Assembly: GCF_964355755.1 (NCBI RefSeq)
Contig: NC_092671.1
Location: 26,548,070 to 26,612,069 of the forward strand
DNA: 64,000 nucleotides
Direction of reading: 5' to 3'
Source: Antedon mediterranea
Lineage: Eukaryota; Animalia; Echinodermata
In this document: in pieces, positions 49,701 through 59,000 of the stretch
How the letters are laid out: each line of letters starts with the position of its first letter
Numbering within the stretch: the stretch's first letter is position 1
The notes under the pieces: model-generated
What the model saw: only the letters and a program-made list of their open reading frames with translations
Database searches by the model: none
What the model was told of the DNA's origin: nothing
Made by a program: the position numbers and the translations under genes

Positions 49701-52003
49701 CTACTCCATTTGTGTAGTGGCGAGAGCCATAGCTGTAGGCTTCTTCACTTGACGATGGGAGTTTATCCAAATCATTAAACTGTTTTGGAGTATAGCTCCA
49801 CATGTATAACATCGCATTGAATACTTGGTTTCAGTCAAAGCATTCACGACCTTTTGGTCAACTATGGTGAATTGTAAATTGTAGTGTATTTAGATGTTGT
49901 CTTTTCTGTTTTCATCGGCAGCCAGTTCATAGTTAATCTATATCAAATAATATATTGAATTTCAGGTGTAAAGGTCGGCAAAATCACGAGGAAGTATCTT
50001 TATGTTCAACTACTTCTTTAATTTCTTCTTTTTTTTACTGAACAATTCGAAGTGCAGTTTGGTCCAGCAAGCTTTGAGGGGGTACTCTTGCCGAATCTTC
50101 TTTAACCGTTATATTATTTACGTAGCATCTATGCTAGCTTCCCTCACGTTCCACAAACCTGTTTGGTATGACTGTTTTGTCATATCACTTTCAACTAGCT
50201 AAAAGTGACAAAGCTTTTTCACTTGTAAACTTGATCGCTTCTGTTTTTTTTCGGATATTAACTTTCTTATTTTAGCTGGTCTTAATGGTGTTAGCATTGC
50301 AAACTTCAGCACATATTTTAAATGTGAATTTTGCTTATAGACGCCTTGTGAAGCAGCATAGAGAAGTTCTTCTAGTTCTCTGACTAATAATACCTGATGA
50401 AATGAACCTTGTGACGGCCATACTTGTACCATCTTCTTCGTAAATAATAAAGAAAATGGTTTGATAGTTTTAGTAGTATACTCCAAAAGTTCTTTTGGTA
50501 TGTTCTCGTCATTCCTTACATTGTAATGTAAACGCAATTCACGTAAACATACATTGCAGGCTAGTTCAATGTTGGTAATTAAACCAGCCGAATGGACAGC
50601 TTTAAAGGTTGTATTTTGATATGGAGGCCATGTTACCTGTACCTACATTTATGAATGCTTATTCTCACACTGGTAGCATTCTATTTTCCAATACAGACGC
50701 GTCGTGGAAAGGTCTCTTCGTCAAATTCGTGCGATTGCGGTACATCGATGTGTCAATGAAAATTCATTATAAATTTATTTTAAAACGGTACATTTAAATA
50801 GCTTCCTATATGCAATGTCGCAAATTTTCGCAGCCAAATTTGGTATTAACGTAAAGCTCAAGTTTACTCAAAATATTAATGTCAAAATTAGCGCGCGAAT
50901 CTACGCGAATCCAAACTATTTTAGTGGTGGTATTTTTGGGCTATATTTTGTGACTTTTAACCCGAAAATAAAGCAATAATCGAAAATGTTATTTTACTGC
51001 CTAATATCATTAATAACAGACAACAATTTCATGCAGTATGAAATCCATTGCTTTTTTCTAGAAAAAATAACAGCGAATTTATCAAAACTGTTGTTTTTGC
51101 TCATTTTAAGTGAAGTAAGTTTCTTCAAGTTTCCATGGTTACAAGACACTATTAAAATTTACAAAAAATAAAATTATTAGTGGATTTATATAATTTAAGA
51201 TGTCTTCTTCCTAATCCAATATTAAAAAGTTCGGAATGCCACATTTACCATTTTGGACTTTTGGCACACTTTGAATTGATTCTGGCCCACTGTGCGACGT
51301 TGTCAATTCTGAGACCACTAAAACACCTTCAAGAATCGCATCGACACAATGTAGCCTAGTTGATATGGGGTTAAAAAGGCATCGCCTAAACTTTCCCATT
51401 ATAACTAAACTAAACTAAACAACGATTTTAATTTTTATTGTTTTTATTTATCATGACGTCATTTGATTGGAATTTTTAAAATATTAGCCTAGGCCTAGGC
51501 CCTAGGCTATTTATTTATTATTATTAAATAACCTATTATATTTTATATAGGGCCTACAGCATAAATGATTAGAGGCCCGGTCACACTTTATAATATACAC
51601 CGATATTTCACGTCCGATAGTTATCGGTTAGGCCTAGGCCTATTAGGCCTAGGTGTGACCGGGCCTTAGGCCTATCAAATAGTTGTAGCCTACTATGCCT
51701 AGGCTAGGCCTAGCTAGGCTAGTAGGCTAGAACGGAAACCTTTATAATTTCTTTTGTTTTATGTAAAAAAACAATGCATGCTTAGGCCTATATATTTATC
51801 GTCGATCGTTATCGTCCTATTTAGTGTAAATGAGCCTTAAGACCCGGTCCCGGCTGACATACTACAAATCAATAGGCCCAGCAACGCATAGCATAATTAT
51901 TAGGTATTACTATTAGACTAGGTACGTATGTAAAAATTACATTCAGAAGCGGCGCGCGTATACGTAAACATATTATTCTTACCTTTTCAATTTCTTGTGG
52001 CAT
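43765..52003 (-). CDS. SHFL: Shiftless / RyDEN / C19orf66 homolog (antiviral inhibitor of -1 ribosomal frameshifting), 258 aa (266 with microexon)
   Basis: Exons (minus): 52003-51983 (MPQEIEK), 48331-48266, 47856-47701, 47110-46947, 46475-46328, [44514-44491 optional], 43986-43765 (TAA). All are AG/GT and in phase. Motifs match SHFL as recalled: MPQE.IEKS..KFHG, LTLDNLK, REFGCRPCDRVYWRHV..KPVSRCPNCKVRY, YNCSKCGNQF, CYTC..VYPSRI, THAC, STPHVSTGSTCSTFLTQ. AATAAA on the minus strand at 43533-43528. Confidence 0.9.
44930..45482. repeat. 14-bp minisatellite (TATATACT(A/G)CTGTA)n, ~39 copies, in an SHFL intron
   Basis: Directly visible tandem array. It explains ORFs 45315-45500 and 45329-45595. 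Confidence 0.95.
45675..45924. mobile_element. Foldback MITE-like inverted repeat
   Basis: ATGAAATGTGTTCTTTAGACCCTACTGAACACAT is inverted relative to ATGTGTTCAGTAGGGTCTAAAGAAGACATTTCAT. Confidence 0.65.
48727..51294 (-). mobile_element. Transib DNA transposon (RAG1-related superfamily), 2568 bp, decayed
   Basis: 41-bp TIRs (48727-48767, 51254-51294, 3 mismatches) starting CACAGTG, a perfect 5-bp GC-rich TSD CGACG (48722-48726, 51295-51299), and a transposase pseudogene inside. Confidence 0.92.
49230..50690 (-). pseudogene. Transib transposase pseudogene (frameshifts, stops, internal deletions)
   Basis: Ordered remnants: EELLYAA..TPLRPAKIRK; FTSEKALSLL..DMTKQSY; ITVKEDSARVPPQSLLDQT; SS*FCRPL; FTIVDQKVVNALTET..RCYTCGA; SPLHKWSRCFEMLIHI; NNGNIA; FKDYCRKTAELYIQLYPWYKMPVSVHVLLVHG..IGMMSEE. 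These match Transib core motifs (TMIDGK, C-x2-C, LHAWIR, NDGNTAR, YPWYYMP..VH..L.HG, SEE). The first catalytic Asp block (KWGxDG) and the Glu after SEE appear deleted. Confidence 0.88.
51573..51666. mobile_element. 94-bp Harbinger-like mini-MITE nested in the larger MITE
   Basis: Perfect 14-bp TIR AGGCCCGGTCACAC / GTGTGACCGGGCCT, with TAG duplicated on both flanks (51570-51572, 51667-51669). Confidence 0.75.
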
Positions 52004-52466
52004 GATTGGATTTTAAAAATATAAGGTAATTGAATATAAAAAAAGTAAGACTAAATTTGAAACGAGAAACAAAATGTACACGTCTTATTTTATAGAGTTA
52101 AAAATAGCAAAAGTGCAGTGAAAAAGAACAATAACAAAAGAATCATCAAAACACTCCAGATCTAGAATGTACACGCGCGTCATTGACACTAAGTTGCTAC
52201 GATACTATGTCTATGGAAACATAGGCATGAAAAACGACGAAAATAATATTGTAATTTTTACAACATGGTAACAATTGAAAAATAAATTACCGACATAAAT
52301 AATAGTAATTATGTATCCAGTTGATTATATTTTTAAAACCAAATTCGAAGTGTTAAAAAAAAGTTTGTTCATAAACTTCGAAAAAGTTTTTTAAAGATAC
52401 AACTATAGAGGGCTCACTTAAAAAATTGATTAATTTACTGCTGCTGTGTTTTTTTCCGTCGTCGTC
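52004..52466. promoter_or_regulatory. Putative bidirectional promoter / 5' UTR region between SHFL and the small gene
   Basis: The divergent start codons at 52003 (-) and 52467 (+) are only ~460 bp apart. Transcription start sites cannot be determined from sequence. Confidence 0.55.
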
Positions 52467-53463
52467 ATGGACGCTGATGATAAAAAGACTGATATTGGTG
52501 ATTTTATAACAATGCATTTTAATAATCAACAACAGGTTAGACACTAATAAACAATATTTAACACACCAAATCAGTAATGGTAGGCATCGAGTATGCTTAA
52601 TATAGTCATAGCCTAGGCCTAGTAGGCTAGCCCTGCCTGGCAGGGAATTTGATGACTGCTGCCGTCCACATGGCCACTTCTTGTGTGTGGAAGGTTACTT
52701 TCGCCCAGACCGATTGATATCATCTAGGCCATAGGCCCTAGGCCTGTTTCATGCAGACCTAGCTCGCTAGGTAGGCATCGAGTATTTTATTACATATTTA
52801 ACATGCTACAGACCAGGCCTAGGCCTAGTCTACATTTTTGTGGTTGTGATAAAGTTAAAATGTTTACACAATGCGAATATGATTTATTTACCTAATTATG
52901 TCATGAATAAAATTAAATTGACTTCTATTTTCCAGTTTAGTGATGTTGCACCAGATAAGTCATCACAATTCTTTGAAAGAGCCATGAATGAAAGCAAAAG
53001 GTAAACAGCAACTGAACTCTAATTAAGAAAGATTTAAGCACACAGCATGCTTTTATTTTAAATTATTAATGCCGAGACACATCTTTTTCAATACATTACC
53101 ATTTATGAATCTCTTACTGTCTCTCATCATGATATGTTGGCTATTTAAAAAAAAAAAGTATAAATTTTATCATTTATTTACTGGTAAGATCCCTAATTGT
53201 TTAGGAATTTTGTCTCAACAATTATCTGTCTACAGTACATAATGTATAATTATTTGTTTACAATTGAAGAATTGTTTAATTGAGAATTTATATTTTCCAT
53301 TTTCAGAATGAATACCGAGGTAGAAAGAAATGAAAAACGAAGGAAGGAGTTAGAATCAGAGCATGGTGCAGATAAAATGAATGAATGGATACAGGAACAT
53401 ATAGAACATGTAGACAGTTTGAAGGCAAACGTTAGCCCTAATCAGATTGGAGATGCAAAATGA
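52467..53463 (+). CDS. Small uncharacterised 96-aa protein, three exons (absent from the ORF track)
   Basis: Exons 52467-52535 (GTCATGG Kozak context, CAG|GTTAGA), 52936-53000 (TTTTCCAG|, AAG|GTAAAC) and 53307-53463 (TTTTCAG|, TGA), phases 0 then 2, 291 nt open. AATAAA at 53577 and 53587. Product: MDADDKKTDIGDFITMHFNNQQQFSDVAPDKSSQFFERAMNESKRMNTEVERNEKRRKELESEHGADKMNEWIQEHIEHVDSLKANVSPNQIGDAK. Confidence 0.75.
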
Positions 53464-53700
53464 TGCCAAACTGCCTTCTGCCATCACCTATAAAGATTTC
53501 ACCTTCACTACTATAGGCCTGCTGTATTTAAATTATCTACTGTATAATATATATTTTAGAGTGTATTTCGAAATTAAATAAAAGAAAATAAAAATTTATT
53601 TTATGCTTACATTTATTTTCCAGTTCATTCTAAAAAAAAATCATATGAACTGACTGAATTAATAATAATATAAATATAATATAAAGCAGGCTATGTCTTT

Positions 53701-54010
53701 TGAGGTGCGAAATGCCCTTGAGGAGTGTGAAATGCCCTTGAGGAGTGCGAAATGCCCTTGAGGAGTGCGAAATGCCCTTGAGGAGTGCGAAATGCCCTTG
53801 AGGAGTGCGAAATGCCCTTGAGGAGTGCGAAATGCCCTTGAGGAGTGCGAAATGCCCTTGAGGAGTGCGAAATGCCCTTGAGGAGTGTGAAATGCCCTTG
53901 AGGAGTGCGAAATGCCCTTGAGGAGTGCGAAATGACCTTGAAGAATGCGAAATGCCCTTGAGGAGTGCGAAATGCCCTTGAGGTGTGCGAAATGCCCTTG
54001 AGGAGTGCGA
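53701..54010. repeat. 20-bp minisatellite (AGGAGTGCGAAATGCCCTTG)n, ~15 copies
   Basis: Visible tandem array. It explains ORFs 53630-54109 and 53691-54137. Confidence 0.95.
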
Positions 54011-54966
54011 TCTCCTTACAGACAAAATGTGATAAACTTCTACACACCATGATAGATACAGCACACATACAGCACCCCTGAATAAACTGAGGGGTGATTT
54101 GTAGCACACCTACAATTTTTAAGGCCTGATAAAGCACAATAAAAAAAGTCTTTGCAAAAACGTAATGTATTGAAATGGTATGATACTATAATGCTGCTCA
54201 GTCTGGTAATGTTTGTGATGTAATGAATTTAAATGTTTGGATACACTTTTCTGATAAACTTTTATTTTATTATTGTTTTCAATATTCAGCTTGCGGTTAT
54301 TTATGAGCATAATCCTGGTTGTAATAGACCACTTGAAAAGGAACAGAAAAATAAATAACGCAAGTAATCTACACATGTCACTTATGTGTATAAAGTGATC
54401 CAAGTGCTCCAATCCTCTGATATGCTTGTTATATAACTCAAATAAGTTACATCCCATAATTCTCTAACTCTGATAGGTTTAATAAATTTGTAAAATGCAA
54501 CTACGCACAAAGTAAATAAAAGAAGTTGTCATTGGACAAGTGCTTCACATATATTTATATCAGTGTTGTTTTTTTGCCAATTAAATTGGTAAATCGTGGA
54601 AACAGCTTAGTAAAGACCAACAATTATATACAATATACACAGAATAGAATTATAATTGTTTACCACACTCTATTTTATGGAATTGGTCTGTTTTTTAATT
54701 GATTGGTTGATTGGTTTTATAATTGATCTGATGAAACACGATAGTTGACTACATACAACATCAATAATATTTGAATTCAGAATATTTTATTACCAAATTT
54801 CCCAAATTATTTACAATCTAATGAATTTATTACATTTATTTTCACAAAAACAGATTGCAATCAGAAAGGAAGTTTTCATTTACAGATATAATATAAAGAA
54901 ATATTTACAAATACTTTAGTATACATATTTACAAACTAAACATTAGTTCACTTTTACTTGTGTATA

Positions 54967-55238
54967 AAACTTTGGTTGGGATAATTATTTACCTTTAGGG
55001 AAGCCTGCTTTAAACTTTGGTTGGGATAATTATTTACCTTTAGGGAAGCCTGCTTTAAACTTTGGTTGGGATAATTATTTACGTTCAGGGAAGCCTGCTT
55101 TAAACTTTGGTTGGGATAATTATTTACCTTCAGGGAAGCCTGCTTTAAACTTTTGTTGGGATAATTATTTACCTTCAGGGAAGCCTGCTTTAAACTTTTG
55201 TTGGGATAATTATTTACCTGTAGGGAAGCCTGCTTTAA
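54967..55238. repeat. 45-bp minisatellite, 6 copies, in the probable KIF9 3' UTR
   Basis: AAACTTTGGTTGGGATAATTATTTACCTT(T/C)AGGGAAGCCTGCTTT at 54967, 55012, 55057, 55102, 55147 and 55191. Confidence 0.95.
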
Positions 55239-56049
55239 AACATTAAGGAAATTTTATTAACACAAATACAATATACATCGTACAAAGTCAGGTTATTTTA
55301 AAAATTAATTTTAGTAACCTACATTTTAAGCTCATCCTGAGCTGATTAATGGGCTCCTGTCTGTGTTGGGTGCTGATCAGGGCCAAAAAATAATGTTGGG
55401 GTCTCCAAAATTTAGGAATCAATGAAACAGGGGTTTATAGAGAAAATATAACCCATGTTTCTGTGGGCTTAAAATCTCTCATTTCCACTAGAATCCGCCA
55501 ACCAACCACTTCCATAACTTTTGGAAGTTGGAAATCATACTCAATTAACTATTCTTTATTATAACCCTTGACCTGATTGCTAGAAAATAAAGGATACTTT
55601 GTGACTCCAACCTGTTGGCCTATACAAGAATATTATTAAGATCTTTTTTTTAGTATTAGTAGGTAGTTAAAAAATGCATACAAATATCTCCCTGAAATAA
55701 ACATGGAAGTATAACCATCAAATCTTGCAATACCAGACACCAGATATCTTTAGAAATTCTAGTTTTTGCACTTTCACTGAATAGTACTGGGACTCTGGTT
55801 TCGAGTTCCTGTTCCAAAGAGTTCACAGTTGTATCAACTTACAACCTACACTCAAGATTGTTTTAATCAATGTTGAAATAAAAATAAACCTTTTAAAGCT
55901 AGGCTATTGCTATTTTTCCCCAACATGATTTATATACAACAAATCAAATTGCAAGATTTTCGTAATAATATTACATTTATTACAGCTGCTACAAATAATT
56001 ATTCCCCATTTTTAGAAATTAAATCAAATTCTCTTTTCTTTTCTACTGA

Positions 56050-59000
56050 TCAATGTTGTACCATGGTGATTCTGTTTGGTGGTGTGTTGCGTACAGTTCT
56101 TGTTGGTGCTCCCACCACTTTTGAACGCTGCTTTGGATGTGCTTGGTCCATTGCTTCTTCCAATGTATGCTGTAAACAATAAAACATTATAAATTTAACA
56201 TCTTAATCACTTGGTAGTAAAATGTTCACCTTCACTTACTGGAGGACTAATATATATCCTGAAATGTCATTATTTATAAACATCAGTTTTTAGGACAACA
56301 TTAAATTCAAACAAGTATCTAGATACCAAAAGATGGGGAAAAAATATTGGGAAAAAATATTGGGAAAAAAGGCAAAGTTTATAGCAAAACTGATAAAAAA
56401 AACAACTGGAAACCTACCCGCCTAACAGTCCTCATTCGTGCATTGTAATATGGGGCCGAGTCCGGATTCTCCATTAACAACTCTTTCTGCAATCTGTCAA
56501 ATTTCTCACCTTCATCTTCAGGCTACAAATAAGAAATAATTATACACAAAATTTAAACTAGATTTGTATTCAACATGGACGAATGCTAGATGGGTGATCC
56601 TTTTAGTAGCACAGATCACCTTAAAATTCATTACTGGTTCGATAAGGAAGGTTGTGACAGTCAGTCAGATCCAAACAACTTTTTTTGGGTGTCTAGACGA
56701 AGTAATTTTTTAAATATAAAACAATGTTAACAGTTAGTGCCTTTAATTTACTAATTTAAATTTGGATCGTGCAGACCTTCAAAGTCGGTCACACATTTTC
56801 CATAATGCACATCAGTATATGCCATGATTGTGAAAGCAAATGGCATACCTATTGATTACAATATAGTGCCATAGAAGGAACAATCTGTGCTGACCAAAGG
56901 GTTGTCAAAGTACTCTGTCTAAAAATAGTCAGGTTGAAACTTAACCAATCGCACTGGTGGCTACGGCCCTGCTATAAATACTGATGCCTGATATTTTTGT
57001 TAGTGTAATCTATGGTTTGGTCATGCTATTTAAAGTCTCCAAATATTTGATTTATCCAAGTTGGGACCACCTCTTTGTCTTACCACATTGTTGTAGATTG
57101 TACCAGGTCTAATACCAAATCCAGCTTGATTACTTGTCACAACCTCTTCACCATTTGATAGAAAACTTGAAGTATACCAATTATCAAATTCTGTATCAAA
57201 CAAAGTTGAATTTATGAGTTTAGCAGCATACTGCAATTGGTAATTTGTCTCCACATGACTATCGTGCCATTTATTCTGTATTTATCTTAATGAATGATTG
57301 TGTATGGTAGCATAACAATGTTGTGTTCATTGTTATCTCCAACGATGGCATGGCAGTAGTCTGGGTTCCAGACAGAGTTTTGTCTTAATATTAGTAAAAA
57401 GATAAATATTTTGGCACATATGGCGTTTCATACGTATACTACTTGATTTTGGATACTCCGTCTGGGGAAACACACACAAGTCACGTGGTTTGACACCAAG
57501 AATTCTTGGTGCATACGATTATCCGGTTGACTAGTTTCAGCTGCATGCGATTGGCTACTCACTCGTACACTGTTTTAATATTCATATTTCGGAATTTCAA
57601 AGACTCAACAACTAAGATGATGCGCATGCGCTATGTTACGTTTAGACAATGTGTACTTGGGTAGTTTCTGAAGGCTAGAAATTATTTTATATGCCAGTAG
57701 TTTGGTAAACATTTGATGGGATTTTTCCCAAGAACATGAAAACTATCTTGATATGATAGGCTAGCTTCTCCGCAAATCAAACATTGAATGGATCATTTAT
57801 TACGCGGAGATAATTTTGATTTCCCACCCAGACCCTGTCCTGTTCTGTGTGGTGTGTAGCCCTGTTGTGTGCCGGTGGTATGTAGGCCTACTTTATTGGC
57901 GTTTTATTTGGCAGGTCATACGTGCGAGTTGAGTAGGACCTACTAGAGGCCTAGGCCAAGGACTAAACAACTAATAAACAAAACAACTTGGCATTACGAT
58001 TTAGTATATTTCAACAGTCTCGATCGTACATTCAGCACTGTCCGTACTCGATCTTTTTCATTTTGAAACAAAATGATCATTGGTTGATTCGAAATCCATA
58101 TTTACATACCGCCCGCCCCATATAGCCAAATACGGTATGATAACCTACGTCATTCTTATCGGATGTTTGCGGTCTGCAAATCGATTTCTATACGTGTTTC
58201 ACAAGTCTGTATTTTCAGACAAAAATCGCGGTCGAAATAAAAACAAATAAATTTAAAAAAAAAGATAATACAGACTTGGGGCAAGTCTAGCATGGCAGAT
58301 ACAGAGCTTGTAATTAGCAGAAGGAAAAGCCTGGAAACTTTCCCCCTAAAACATGGAAATGTCATAAGCAGTGCTGTCTGCAGCATTTTAAATAGGGGCC
58401 CAGGGCCTAAAGATTGTAAACTTAAGTGCTGAGCCTAACCTATGCAATTGCAATTTTCGAAATTTAGGCCCCAATCGCTTGGATCTACCTATTATAACAA
58501 AATCTTGAAATACAGTATACCTGATATCAATCTTTGCCTGCATTGGTCCACTAATTTCTGGCAATACTGTACTTCAGATTTAATATTTCGTAATTCTTCA
58601 TAATCACTGCGATATGACGCTTTCAGCTCTTTTAACTTTTTAATTAGCTGGAACTCATCTTCACTTATTACCATCTCACCATTTTCTGGTGTGAATTCAC
58701 CTTTAAACAGAATTTTATTGTTAATTTGCATTATGTTATGTGAAATACTTTTAGGTGCTTGAAATGGATCAGGCTATCAGCATAGTCACCCGTGCATGTA
58801 TTTTCTATCTGCAAGTGGACTCAGTATTGTCTATTATTAAGGTTGTCCATTCATTCACCTTCATTCTGTTGCCGTATACGGTACACAGGATAGATAGAAA
58901 ACTTTTCATTAAAAATAATTACCTTATAACCTTAATTTATTTTGTAATGCTTCAGTTGGTTTTTTTTTAAATTGAAATCCAATGAAACTTTTCTACAAAT

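Larger units (their letters stand above)
48438..51837. mobile_element. Harbinger-type MITE split by the Transib insertion
   Basis: TIR AGGCCCATTTACAC / GTGTAAATGAGCCT with TAA on both flanks (48435-48437, 51838-51840). Inner inverted blocks GACGATAACGATC and TCCAATCAAATGACGTCATGAT lie on either side of the Transib. Confidence 0.75.

Noticed and set aside
53630-54137. ORFs of 148-159 aa with repeated LLKGISHSSRAFRTPQGHF
   Set aside because: Stop-free translation of a 20-bp minisatellite.
54967-55238. Regularly spaced repeats resembling a CRISPR array (also 7293-7480 and 53701-54010)
   Set aside because: Units are head-to-tail with no unique spacers, there are no cas genes, and the context is eukaryotic. 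These are minisatellites.
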